DNA of 62,540 nt, filler included, from assembly GCA_964501035.1 (NCBI GenBank). It is 11 parts of 11 records of this genome, joined end to end, with 100 filler letters (N's around TTAATTAATTAA, not from the genome) between each part and the next. Parts side by side here need not be neighbours in the genome. Positions count along the whole stretch, not along the records: positions 18,637 to 24,620 come from CAZCRK010000078.1; positions 24,721 to 30,403 come from CAZCRK010000079.1; positions 30,504 to 36,050 come from CAZCRK010000080.1; 8 more parts are not named here. One strand, given 5' to 3'. How positions within the stretch are numbered: position 1 is the first letter of the stretch; each line of letters opens with the position of its first letter. The notes below the pieces were generated by a model. The model was not told the DNA's origin. It was given only the letters and a program-made list of their open reading frames with translations, and made no database searches. This document shows positions 19,947 to 31,935 of the stretch, piece after piece. Both the position numbers and the translations under genes were made by a program.

Positions 19947-20945
19947 TCAATTCAGATTCCACCATTTCCAGTAATTACTGAATTTAGAAAAAATTTGGAT
20001 CATTTCCCATAAGATTCTAGCGGCAACTAACAATCCATAGACCATAAAACAAATCTGTTGTTCATATTTGAAAAATGACTGAAAGATCAGAAACAGGAAG
20101 AGCACATAAATAAAAAGGTCTGGTTTAGGAATCTCTGTATCAAGAAGATGAGATTTCATGGATTTGAGTATGAAATCAGACGAATAGACATTGATAGCAA
20201 GAAAGGCAACATACCAACTTATTTGATAATAAATGCAAAGAAAGAGTAATATAGACCCCATCAAAAGGTAATGGATGAAAGACTTAGGTATGTGTTGCAA
20301 ACGCTTTATACTTCCAGCAACCGTATATATCACACCCAAAATCAACCCTAATAACAAAAATGCATAGACTGGCATGTCCATTATTGTGTATTCCAACCAA
20401 AATCTTTTTCCTTGAGATGTCAAAAAACTCAAAAGGATCAGGAGAATGATGACAACACCTTCCAGTGACCCTATTTTTCCAAAATACAATTCCTTTTTTA
20501 TACTCTGCTCCAAATAGGTCACAGTAAAGGCAACAAGGTTGCTCCAAATGGCTAAATAAAAAATCCAGTCAAGCTCGATTTGAAGAATTCGAAAAAAAAG
20601 ATAAATGATAATGGATCCGTTGAATACATCACTGTAATGGTCTAAAAATTCACCAAGGGGAGACCCCGTTCCAGTTATTTTTGCCTGTAGTCCATCAAAA
20701 TGATCAAAAATAACATAGATGATTATTACAAAAAAAGCGATAATGATTTCAGTATCATTAGGAGTATCGATGCCTATGAAATATAAAAAACAAGACCAAA
20801 TTACAACGATTGATACTAATGTTAAGTAGTTTGCAGGTACACCATAAGGAATATGACGATGAAGAACCGAAAAGACATTCTTATTTAAGAATGGCAACAT
20901 TATTGACTCATCCAAACACCTGTATTTATATGGACTCATAAACAA
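19947..20945 (-). CDS. CDP-alcohol phosphatidyltransferase, choline/ethanolamine phosphotransferase-like
   Basis: DHFDGLQAKITGTGSPLGEFLDHYSD signature; N-terminal YKY..D.S and ANYLT; multiple TM helices. Confidence 0.88.
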   Translation of the reverse strand: MFMSPYKYRCLDESIMLPFLNKNVFSVLHRHIPYGVPANYLTLVSIVVIWSCFLYFIGIDTPNDTEIIIAFFVIIIYVIFDHFDGLQAKITGTGSPLGEFLDHYSDVFNGSIIIYLFFRILQIELDWIFYLAIWSNLVAFTVTYLEQSIKKELYFGKIGSLEGVVIILLILLSFLTSQGKRFWLEYTIMDMPVYAFLLLGLILGVIYTVAGSIKRLQHIPKSFIHYLLMGSILLFLCIYYQISWYVAFLAINVYSSDFILKSMKSHLLDTEIPKPDLFIYVLFLFLIFQSFFKYEQQICFMVYGLLVAARILWEMIQIFSKFSNYWKWWNLN

Positions 20946-21090
20946 AAAATAGTAAATTGAAGAAATTAAAATAAATCAAATTTATTTTCCAGGAAGTACT
21001 AAGATTTACCTAATCTTTAACTTAGTTTTGGAAACACTCAGGATCTCAATTATAATATATTGAGCTTTTATCTATCAACAAAAAATATAA

Positions 21091-23505
21091 ATGTTTAAGA
21101 CTATTCAAAATATAAAATATCCACTCTTAATTACCCTTACAATCCAAATCTTAGGGTTAATTCATTTTACTATCGACAAAGTCCATAATTTCTTGCCCGA
21201 GGGGAATAATGAATATCTAGATGCGATTTATCATAATCGAACTTCGATTGAGATTTTATCCATAACCATTTCTAGTGTTATGATCTTAAGTATTTTATTT
21301 AGAAAAGAAAACAAATACCTCTTAACATTTATATGTGTTGTTATGGGAATTTTTGTCTGGGTAGGACAAGTTTGGTGGTTAGTATTTTTATACCCGCTGT
21401 TGCTTTGTTTATTAGGTAAATCCAACAAAAGCTGTGGAATTGAAAAGAATATGTATCATAAAGTTACTGTACTTGAACTTTATCCTTTGTCGACACTTGC
21501 AATAGTAGTGTTTTTTTCAGGTTTCTTCTTAATGACGATACAAATTCCATTCCCTCATGTGAGTATAAAACATTACTTTTATATTCAAAGTTTGTCCTCT
21601 GTATTAATAATGACTGGGCTACTTTTCTTCTTCCCGTTTTTTTGTGGATTCCATTTTTTACTAAATAAAATCGTAAAGAATAGAAATATCTTTGAAGGTC
21701 TTTTTCTGTTTCTATTACTTTTAATTTTGTTTGCATTTTTCTATCTATACTTTGCTAGAACTTTTGCTTCCTTTATTATTCAACTAAAACTAATTTCGGT
21801 CCCATTTATGATTTCCGGATTACTGTGCAATATTTTGTTACTTATTATTGGAAGGATTCAACTCAGTGTTTCTTTTTTTTCTCAACTAAATTCATTACAC
21901 AAAATCTTGACTCATAGTAAATTTTGGATCAAAGCTCCGATAATTATCTTTTTCTTCCGTGAACTTTATGGCTGGCTATACCAATCGGGTCAGAATCTAT
22001 TAATTGAATTCATTTATGATATTTTGAATGTTATTTTCCCATTTTTTTGCTTTTGGTTGGTATTAGGGATTATTGTTAGATTTGTAAAGCGAATTGGTAA
22101 CCCGGTTTTTTACAAATTAATAGCTACGATTTTAATAATTCTTGCTATAGTTCCAGGGGTATTTTTTTACAAAAAGAACTGGACTATTAATCTTGAATTA
22201 AACAGATTGACTTCAAGATTTTACACAAATCGAAGTAGAAATATTCTTAGTTCTATTGGACTAGATCTAGAGAGAGAACAGAGTGAAAAATTTCGGAATT
22301 TGAAAAAATCAATTAAAGAATTATCTCTTGAATCAAGACCTGATTTAAGAGATGTATTTAAAAATTTTTCAAAGAACGAACCCAACACAAAAGCCAATGA
22401 TTATTATTTAAACCCCCCAAATATTTTTGTTATTCTTTCTGATGCAACATATGCTCGGCGTCTTTCAGTTTATGGTCACTCAAAAAATACTTCTCCTGTT
22501 CTAGAAAAATTTGCTAAAGAAGCTGTAATTTTCAAAAATTTTTATTCCACAAGTTCCGCTACTTTTCAAGGTGTAGCATCATTATTTACTGGAAAGTATG
22601 TAGGGAATTACCCAACCTTGTCGAGTGAGACTAGAGATACACTTTGTTTATCATTCAAGAAAAGGAATTATAAATTTTTGCTTTCTACTGTAATCAATAC
22701 AGTTACTTTTTCGGATCAGGAATCTCACTGTCATCAAGAATCAGCATTGTCTTACCTCGGAACCAAGGATAGTGATTGGGAAAAAATCAAAGAAAATATA
22801 GAAGAATCGACCGACAGACCTATATTTGTTTATTTTCACCTACTTGGTGGCCATGATCCATTTGATTTACCGGAGGATGAGTTGATTTTCGGTAAGGAGG
22901 TAAAGGATATTTATGATACACTTCTTTTCAAGGCAGATAGAGAATTTGGGAATATTCTCGAGAGAATAAAAGAATTGGGTCTTTATGAAGATTCAATTAT
23001 CATTTTTTCTTCAGATCATGGAGTAGGTTTGGATAAGCACCGTGGTCTAGCTTCATATTCCAGAACTGACAATGCCAATCTTCAAATACCATTTTTGATC
23101 AAATTGCCAGGAGTTAATACATCCGAAGTTTCAAACATTTATTCTCTTATCGACGTAAGGCCTTCCTTGGAAGAGTTATTAGGTATCGAACATGATGAAG
23201 TTTTACATGGGATCTCTTTTGTGAGTGAATTAAAATTAAAAGAACGATACAAAGATAGATGTATTTTTGGCATTGCGACCTATCAAGAATTTTTCTCAAT
23301 GCAATGTTCAACAGGAGTCAAAATTATTTATCAAAGGGATTATGAATTTATTGATATCTTCAACTCATTTAATGATCCATGGGAATTGACTTCTTTGGTT
23401 AATGAATACAATGAAGAAAATTTTGAAATTTTAGCTCGTCCATTTGTAAAATTCATGGCTTATGGGAAGGATACCTATGCACTCACACCAGCAGGAATCC
23501 GATAA
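21091..23505 (+). CDS. Multi-TM protein with C-terminal sulfatase/LTA-synthase-like alkaline phosphatase superfamily domain
   Basis: NIFVILSDA, SSAT (Thr nucleophile position), GHDPF, IIFSSDHG, SLIDVRPSL; about 10 N-terminal TM helices. Confidence 0.85.
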   Translation: MFKTIQNIKYPLLITLTIQILGLIHFTIDKVHNFLPEGNNEYLDAIYHNRTSIEILSITISSVMILSILFRKENKYLLTFICVVMGIFVWVGQVWWLVFLYPLLLCLLGKSNKSCGIEKNMYHKVTVLELYPLSTLAIVVFFSGFFLMTIQIPFPHVSIKHYFYIQSLSSVLIMTGLLFFFPFFCGFHFLLNKIVKNRNIFEGLFLFLLLLILFAFFYLYFARTFASFIIQLKLISVPFMISGLLCNILLLIIGRIQLSVSFFSQLNSLHKILTHSKFWIKAPIIIFFFRELYGWLYQSGQNLLIEFIYDILNVIFPFFCFWLVLGIIVRFVKRIGNPVFYKLIATILIILAIVPGVFFYKKNWTINLELNRLTSRFYTNRSRNILSSIGLDLEREQSEKFRNLKKSIKELSLESRPDLRDVFKNFSKNEPNTKANDYYLNPPNIFVILSDATYARRLSVYGHSKNTSPVLEKFAKEAVIFKNFYSTSSATFQGVASLFTGKYVGNYPTLSSETRDTLCLSFKKRNYKFLLSTVINTVTFSDQESHCHQESALSYLGTKDSDWEKIKENIEESTDRPIFVYFHLLGGHDPFDLPEDELIFGKEVKDIYDTLLFKADREFGNILERIKELGLYEDSIIIFSSDHGVGLDKHRGLASYSRTDNANLQIPFLIKLPGVNTSEVSNIYSLIDVRPSLEELLGIEHDEVLHGISFVSELKLKERYKDRCIFGIATYQEFFSMQCSTGVKIIYQRDYEFIDIFNSFNDPWELTSLVNEYNEENFEILARPFVKFMAYGKDTYALTPAGIR

Positions 23506-23620
23506 AAGTGAGTTGATTTAAATAGTGAAAATTCTTGTTTTTCATACCTGTCCCACAGGCAAAATTTCTAATAAATATTTATATAGTAATATCAATGAGA
23601 TGGGCTCTCATTGTAAGATG

Positions 23621-23634
23621 TGGCGGAGAGGGAG
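23621..23634 (-). other. tRNA-Ser 3'-end remnant (CTCCCTCTCCGCCA), probable att core
   Basis: 14 nt ending in CCA, followed on the same strand by hairpin AATGAGA/TCTCATT (23594-23612); TATACCCCCA direct repeats at 23696-23717. Confidence 0.55.
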
Positions 23635-23943
23635 TCATCCACATTTAGACATTAAACTATTGATATTATATTATAAATATTTTACTATATGTAAATATAC
23701 CCCCATTTATACCCCCAAATGACACGCTCAATAGAATTATCATATTAGGGATTTCTGAGCTATTATTACGTCCATAATAATTGAGTCTTTTATCAAATAA
23801 GTAAATTGGATTTGGTCTTTGTTGGAATGTATCAAAGAACATGTGTTACCAAATAGTACTGAATTTCAGGGCTGATAGACACCTATATGGACACCGAAAT
23901 CCCCGCTCAGGATTCCTGTGTAGGAAATGTTGGCTTCGTCAGC

Positions 23944-24620
23944 TCAATTAACCTTAGCTTCAATTATTTTTTCAACTTCATTCCAAACTGCATCAACGCT
24001 GACATTTGTGATACATGGGGCGGGCTCGCCTTTTTTCAGTGGATAAATACACTTTGCATGGCAACTAAAACATGGCATTGGATAAGAAACAGTTTTTAAT
24101 ACAAGTTCTTCTCCGGCTAACTCCGGATACGGGAGAAAACGTCCAAAATCAATTCCTCCCAAGATACAAACAACCGGAGTCCCTACAGCAGCCGCAATAT
24201 AAACTGCACCTGTCTCACCGCTTACCAAAAACTTTGCATATTTCAGAAGTTCTGGTAATTCACCCAATCTTGTTCCAGCCCATTCCAGAGGTGCTTTTGA
24301 CAGGTCTTGTATGGAATTTGCCAGACATTTTTCATTTGGCAGACCGTCTAAAACACCTGTTAGACCAGTTTTATCAAAAATTCGATTGGCTATTTCAGCG
24401 AAAAATTCAACTGGCCATCGCCTTAGAGTAGCACCGGCGCCGGGAAACAACACATAGTATTCTCTATTTTTCCAGGTGATTGAGGATACAATGCGAGGAA
24501 ACTTCAGCTTAGGATAATCAACTTGATGTGATTTCCCCGATAATTGCTGAAAAAACTCAGCATTGCGTTCCAGTTCTGTCATCGGTTGGTCCAATGCAGG
24601 AATCAGTTCTGTGTGCCAGC
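23944..24620 (-). CDS. Glycosyltransferase family 9 (heptosyltransferase-like), 5' truncated
   Basis: FPGAGATLRRWPVEFFAE, VSGETGAVYIAAAVGTPVVCI, Cys-rich C-terminus CITNVSVDAV. Confidence 0.88.
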
Positions 24621-24720
24621 NNNNNNNNNNNNNNNNNNNNNNNNNNNNNNNNNNNNNNNNNNNNTTAATTAATTAANNNNNNNNNNNNNNNNNNNNNNNN
24701 NNNNNNNNNNNNNNNNNNNN

Positions 24721-25969
24721 CCGTAGAAGAGGTTAATATTTCAAAAGTATTACCCCATTTATCTTCAAGAACATTGTTGCTCTCATAATCTATATCGGTC
24801 ATCACTTTGCCTTCGGGTTCGTTTTCATATGTAACCAGGATAGTTTTTGCAACATCTTCTTGATTTATAACGAACAACTCATCTGAGGTAACGATACCAT
24901 CATTATTAAAGTCAGTGTAACTTTCAATACCATCCCAAATACCATTTCCAACATCCTCAGTTTCAGCAGCATCCCAAATTCCGTTACAGTTTCTATCTAA
25001 AAAAGATTCATTTAGGTCATAAATACCATCACCATTCATATCATCCCAAGGCTCAGCTGAATCTAACACACCATTACCTAGGTCAACAAATTCTTCACCT
25101 TCATCCCATATTCCATTGTCATTAGAATCGGTAAATGTTTCAGCAACTTCATCCCAAATACCATTATCATTACAATCTGTGTTTTCTCTGAAAAATAATT
25201 TATTATCACTTATTGAAACAACATCTTCAACTTCATATTCTGCTTCAAACACAAAATCAGTTTCTGAATATGTTTCAATCATATTTTCTTCCCAAACAGA
25301 AACATCAATAAACAGGGTGGAGTCCTGATAAGAATCAAAAAGAGCAGAATGAGAATAAGTAACAGTATAATCATCAACATAATCAATAGTTGTTTCTGGT
25401 GATAAAATCAATTGAGTAGATATATTATATCTAGATAAATTTGCATCTCCTTCCTCATTTGGAGTCCATGTTACTGTAGAAATAGTTTCTTGTGCAGATT
25501 TTCCCTCAGCAATAATAACTGTATCTTCAATTGAGAACTCTTCATCTTCCCCATTCCAAACCTCATTAAAGTTCATATCAGTGAAACTTTCATTTTCATC
25601 CCAGGTACCGTTTCCATTCAAATCAATATACGGTTCACCCTCTAAACGATCGGTAAAATCAGAATAATTACTAGAGTCTAAATAAATAACATGAAAGTCT
25701 GGAAAGGTTCTGAAATTTAATGTATCTTCTTCACCCCAAAGTAGAGGAGTCTCAATTTTTGCATTATTATATACATTATATCGAATATCAATATTGTCAT
25801 CTAAATCATAAAAATAATCTTGCAATTCATCTGTATTGCCATTGCCAACATTAGAGGCATTCAATGTATTAATATTAACTGTTTGATTATTTTCAATTAC
25901 TACAGGGTCTTCTTCACATCCAATAAAGATGAAAAATGAAATAAAAAGAAGCGAATATAAAGCTTTCAA
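24721..25969 (-). CDS. Acidic lipoprotein with DxNxNGxWD calcium-binding-type repeats, 3' truncated
   Basis: Lipobox FIGC; about 9 repeats of E.(F/Y/W).D.N.NG.WD. Confidence 0.8.
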
Positions 25970-26112
25970 AGTAAGTTCCTTTCAGAAAAAATTATGCGTT
26001 GCATTAATCAAAATATACTGCTTAGTGTTCAAAATGCATTTAAAATTCAGCTTTGAAAATACTTAACAAATAATATTGTGTTCAAGATAATAATATGTAA
26101 TTATTTTTTACA

Positions 26113-29100
26113 CTACTTCATTAAAATTATTTTGCGTGTGGTTTGGACTTTTTGAGTTAAAAGTTGAAGAAAATAAACACCACTTGGATAGTAATCAGCA
26201 ACCCAAATCATTTTGTACTCTCCAGATGACAATTCCCCTGAATATATTTCATCGACAATTTTTCCATGGATGTTTAACACATTAACTTCAACATCTGCAT
26301 GAATAGGAATTTGAACTGTAAAATATGTTGTTGGATTAAATGGATTTGGATATGCATTTGACAAACCAAACATTTCAGGCAATTCATCTAAATTTGATAA
26401 CTCAGAATCAATAATAAGACGAATTGTATCTGATGCTTCACTGTTAAAAATATCTTCAGCAGAAAGAATAATATTTGTTTCGCCAAATACACCTTGGTTA
26501 AAATCGATTAAAAGTGTATCGTTGAATATACTAGGGGTTGCCAATGAAACATCTTCAATACTAACACTTATTGTTAATGCGTCATCATTCATAATAAATT
26601 CATCAACATCATGAAACACGTCTGATATGTCAAATTCCATTGAAGGTGAATTTTGATATACGAACACATCATCTACTGGATTTAACACGATAGGTGCATC
26701 ATTTATGGATAGAACATCCAAAACAAATGTTGTTGTATCAGTTAATGTGTTTGATTCAAAATAAACGGTATCATCATAGGCAATAACTTGAATTTCAAAC
26801 TCACCATGATAATTTGCATGTGGAATAACAGTTAACTCTGTACCGTCAACAAAACATGAAACTGGAGCATCATCATCAACAGGTCGAGAGAAAAATATAA
26901 TACTATCATCATCAGGATCCGTAGCATTTAACTCAATTTCTAATTCAGTATCTTCATCAATAATTTGGTTTCCGATATCTGCAATTACAGGTGGGTTACC
27001 TAGTTCTTCAAATGTATTAATCGTTGCAAATTCAGAAGGATTAGATTCATATATTGAACCCAATATGTTGACGGCTGTAACTAAATATGAATATTCCATT
27101 TCAGTTTCGAGCGATGTGTCAATAAATTGTAAAGAACTAACATTTTCTTCTAAAATTACACCATTCCTATACACATTATACGTATCAGAGACCGATGCAA
27201 TACTCACATATTCTAAACCAAGTCCTGAAAACGAAACTGTTGGTGATTCAATTGCTGTTACCACATTTTGAGTACTAGAAAGCCAAACTTTGAAAAATAC
27301 ATTATTCCCTTCTGTAAACCCATTTCCAGACCCATCATCTTTACTTGCTGAAATTTGTCCATTTGGTAAAGGATATGTACCTTTGCCAACACATAACTCA
27401 CCATCATATACACCAATAACATCACCATCACTTAATGGTACATCTTCAAAAAATGCTTCCGTTATAATTATTGTCATTGGTTGATAGGGATTTCCCTGAT
27501 ATGCCAATTCAAACGGATCGGTTTCAAATTGTTCTGATTCCCATGCTACGTCAACTTGTCCATCAATAACATTATCAGTTCTACTAAACACTGTTAATTC
27601 TGCAGTAATATTTACAGGTGCGAATGGCGCAAGGATAGATGCTTGGCTTGTTGTGGTAGTGATATTAGAAATACCAGGCTCTGAAACTCCTAACTCATTA
27701 AAAGCACTAATAGAATAATAATACTCTGTGTCTTTTGCTAATCCAACATCTAAGAAAGACGTCGAGGAAGTCTCTCCAATATACACATTATCAAATCTAT
27801 AAACTTGATATGTTAAAGGAGTAGAGCCGGACGAAGCATCCCAGGAAATTGACACCTGCTGGTTGCCTCCAGTAGCCAGTATGTTAGTAGGAGTAGAAGG
27901 TGCCTCTGAAATATGTGTTATTACGCAATAAATATCTGTTAACTCACCAGAAAGTCCCTCACTATTAACACCCGCAACCGCATAACAATACTGTGTCACA
28001 TCTTCAAGATTTGAATCAGTGAATGATAGTCCACTAGAAGACCCAATAATATCACCCTCGTCAATATTGTTTGCATCGAAATCATCCGTAGTAATTCTAT
28101 AAATATCATAACTAACTGCATCACCCCCAACAGGATATCCATAACCTTCTGATGCCTCCCAAGATAAATCCACACTATTTTGATTTGCTGTTAAAGCAAA
28201 AGATGGAGGGATTGGTGGAGCAATTTCACCGAAGGTTTCAACATTTTCTAAAACTGATGGAGCAGACTCCCCGTAATCATTTACAGCAACCACGTTGTAC
28301 TGATACAATGTGCTATTTTCTAATCCCGTTTGAGTAAATGACAAATCTGTAATATCCTCAGCAATCAATAAGGCAGATTCATATACTCGATAAAAATCAG
28401 ATCCTATCGTTGAACCCCATGATACAATTATATTGTTATCGGGTGGATCAATGGTTTGAATCGGTTCTAATTCCACATTTTCAACCACTTCCGGTACACC
28501 TGGATTTGGCGGTAAAGTAAACTCAAAAACGAGTTCAGATGGGTCCGAATATCCCGAAGAATTGTGAGCTGTAACAGAATATCCAAATTCAGTTGAATTT
28601 AACAAACCAATATCTGTAAAAAATTGTTCAATATAATTTTCTGATGTTAACTCTACATTGTAGGACTCGTCTCCAACCACCCAAATTCTATCTAATAAAT
28701 AGTTAATTTCATCACCATCACCCGTTGGTTCAGGATCTTCCCAATCTATGTGAATTTGATTTTCACCTGCAGTTAATGTAATTATTGGCGTTCCAGGTTT
28801 AGTTAGAGCATTTTGGATATTAAAACCAGACTCTCCAACCACCGATACAGCTTGAATTTGATATGTATAAACAGTATTATTATCTAAACCTAAATCTAAA
28901 TAGTTACTTGGCTCTACCACTGCAATTTCTATATCATCTCTTAAAATTTTGTAAGAAATAGCTGGTGTTGATTGACCATCTAAATATGTATTGTAATTTC
29001 CATCAAAAGAGCTATTCCAATTCAAACTTACTTGATTACTTCCACCTGTTGCAGAAAATGAACTAGGTGTTGATGGTGCTACAACTTCAATTTCCATATT

Positions 29101-30403
29101 AGGAATTAATAACGCTTCAAAAACAGCTGAAATATTTTGACCACCTTCATTTGTAAACGTAGTAATATCAGCATCAATATCTACTTGAGCAGACTCTCTC
29201 CAAACCCTTACTTTGACTGAGTTTCCTTCTGTAAATCCATTACCAGACCCATCATCTTTAGAAGTGACAATTTCAGCAGATGTAAATCCTCCATCAGGTA
29301 CCGTATATGCACCTACACAAATATCACCATCGAATATTCCAATTTCATCACCTGATTCGAGTGGTTCGCCATCCCAATTTGCCGACCATACTTGAATAGG
29401 CATTGGTGAAAAAGGATTCCCTGACCAAACTGGTTCAAAATGTTCAGTTCTATTTTGATTGTTTTGAAACTCATGCGTAAATACAACATTTGACTCATTT
29501 ATTGATAAAACTTCATCATCATACACATTTACGTAATAGCCTTCTCCAGGGAACATACCTCCAATTGAATTCAATCCTGTTTCTGGCACATACACTTGAC
29601 CACCCTCGTTTATCACTTTAAATAATGAAACATTGTCCACCAATGATGAAAAAACATCTACAATATTTTGGCCATCTGTATTTTGGATTGGAAATGAAAT
29701 GATATTCCATCCTGCTGATAATTGTATATCTAAGGGTAAATCTATAATTCCTTGAGATTGAATATTTAACACTTGGTCACCATCAATTTTTAATAAATAG
29801 CCCTCACTGTTAAACCATTGTCCAATATTATCAGCCCAGGTTTGGTCTGGGTTTGGAAAAATTGCTGACCCTGTTTCATCAATCACCAACAGCATTTGGT
29901 CATGAATTGGGGTTAATATATCAAATAATGTTTCATCTATTGGATTCACATTGAGTGAAATCATATTCCAACCCGATGTTAAATCAATATTTTGCTCTAC
30001 ATATTCACAACAATCATCACATGCAAAAATAGCTGTTGGGTCATAGTTGGAAGCATTAGGGTCTAAACAACCAGTACATGACGAGTTATCTCCATCACAA
30101 ACATCACAATTATCAATAAAATTAGATTCACAATAAATGCTGTCATTTTCATCAGAACAATCTTCCAACCAACCTGTTTCAAGATATGCATCACAAACTT
30201 CTTGCTCAGTTAAAGGGTCACCATATTCGTCTAAGTCAGCATCATAACAAACTGTGATTATTTCAGCTGTTCCACCCCATTCACCAGTACAATCCTGCAC
30301 ACAATCATTTTCAGAATTATTATCACATGTTCCGCAATTATCTATATACGCATCACCGTCACATACTCCGTTACAGTCATGGTAATTTGAGAAACAATCA
30401 TCA
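26113..30403 (-). CDS. Large secreted protein (>1400 aa, 5' truncated): Cys-rich repeats, GWNxIS repeats, several FN3 domains, cadherin-like domains, C-terminal YPNPFNP sorting domain
   Basis: Frame continues upstream of the called ORF to the scaffold end; FN3 motifs (V.L.W..Y.VYR..Y.Y.V.A.N..GES); NAYPNPFNPTT..SGVYF..KIILMK. Confidence 0.88.
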
Positions 30404-30657
30404 NNNNNNNNNNNNNNNNNNNNNNNNNNNNNNNNNNNNNNNNNNNNTTAATTAATTAANNNNNNNNNNNNNNNNNNNNNNNNNNNNNNNNNNNNNNNNN
30501 NNNCATACACAGCCAATGCGGAGGAATAAACACAATAGGGTTTACACGAACGTTGGGCTTCATGCAAGTGAACCAATATCGAAAATTGTTAAAAACCTGA
30601 TTGAAACTTTTAATGGCTAAAGTTACACAATAGAAAAATATGGATTATTTTTGTAGT

Positions 30658-31935
30658 ATGAGTAAAAAATATACAGTGGCAAGTTTATTTTCTGGTTGCG
30701 GAGGTCTTGACTTAGGTTTCATTCAAGCAGGATTTGAGGTTGTTTGGGCTAATGACTTTTTTAAAGAAGCTGTTGAAACTTATAAAACAAATATTGGTAA
30801 CCATATCATTTATGGTGATATAACAAAAATACCTAGTTCAGAAATACCTGATAACTTTGATATTTTACTTGGTGGTTTTCCTTGTCAAGGGTTTTCTGTT
30901 GCGAATACTAAAAGAAGTATGGAAGATGAAAGAAACTTCTTGTATTTGGAAATGATAAGATTGATTAGAGACAAACGTCCTAAATTTTTTGTTGCAGAAA
31001 ACGTTAAAGGACTTTTGTCTATGCAGAAAGGTCAGGTAATGGACATGATACTGAATGATTTTAGAGAACTTGGTTATAATGTAGAATATCGCCTTTTAAA
31101 AGCATCAGAATATGGGGTGCCACAACACAGAGAAAGAGTTGTTATTATTGGAAATAGACTTGGAGTAAACAATCCTTTCCCAAAAAAAACACATGGAGAG
31201 GAATACAATTTATTTGATAATAATCTTAAACCTTTTGTATCTGTAAAAGATGTCGTTAATCATCTGACAGATGTTAGAACTCGTTTTTGTTCTTTTGACA
31301 TAGATGGTGTAACTATTCATAATCATAATGCAAGAACAAATGTTGCTGATAAATTTTGGGGGAGAAAATACAAAGTTAATCAACATGACGTTTGTGATTA
31401 TTTGAAATATTGGAGAAATAAGAGTGGATGGACTACTAAAAAAGTTGATGAGCATTTTGGATACGCACATACGGCTGGACATTGGTTTAGAAAAGATAAT
31501 AATTCAGGAAGTATTCCTAATCCCAAAGACTGGTGGGAACTAAAGAAAATTCTCGGGTTTGACGATAAATTTGATAAACTTGTTACAGAAATGGAACTGA
31601 AAGAAATCAAATTTGAACAATCATTAAGAATAAATAATTGGGAAAAACCTAGTGACACAATTACTGCAACAGGACCTGAAATTCACCCTAATAAAGAGCG
31701 AAGAATGTCTGTTAGAGAGTGTGCTATTATTCAAACATTTCCTGATGACTTTGTATTTAAAGGTAGTATAGGAAATATGTATAAGCAAATTGGAAATGCT
31801 GTTCCAGTCTTATTAGCAAACAGAATTGCAGTAGAAATAAAAAATGAGCTGGAAGTATTTAAAACGAAATCTCAAAAAGAAATTAATTTAAATGGAACGA
31901 AAAGATATAGAGAAATTAGAACAAAAGTATCTTAA
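30658..31935 (+). CDS. DNA (cytosine-5) methyltransferase of type II R-M system
   Basis: SLFSGCGG (I), GGFPCQGFS (IV), ENV (VI), QHRERV (VIII), RRMSVRECA (IX), YKQIGNAV (X). Confidence 0.96.
   Translation: MSKKYTVASLFSGCGGLDLGFIQAGFEVVWANDFFKEAVETYKTNIGNHIIYGDITKIPSSEIPDNFDILLGGFPCQGFSVANTKRSMEDERNFLYLEMIRLIRDKRPKFFVAENVKGLLSMQKGQVMDMILNDFRELGYNVEYRLLKASEYGVPQHRERVVIIGNRLGVNNPFPKKTHGEEYNLFDNNLKPFVSVKDVVNHLTDVRTRFCSFDIDGVTIHNHNARTNVADKFWGRKYKVNQHDVCDYLKYWRNKSGWTTKKVDEHFGYAHTAGHWFRKDNNSGSIPNPKDWWELKKILGFDDKFDKLVTEMELKEIKFEQSLRINNWEKPSDTITATGPEIHPNKERRMSVRECAIIQTFPDDFVFKGSIGNMYKQIGNAVPVLLANRIAVEIKNELEVFKTKSQKEINLNGTKRYREIRTKVS

Noticed and set aside
23525..24431. Short plus-strand ORFs 23525-23722, 23887-24099, 24072-24431
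   Set aside because: They overlap the att remnant or are antisense to GT9; no coding signal.
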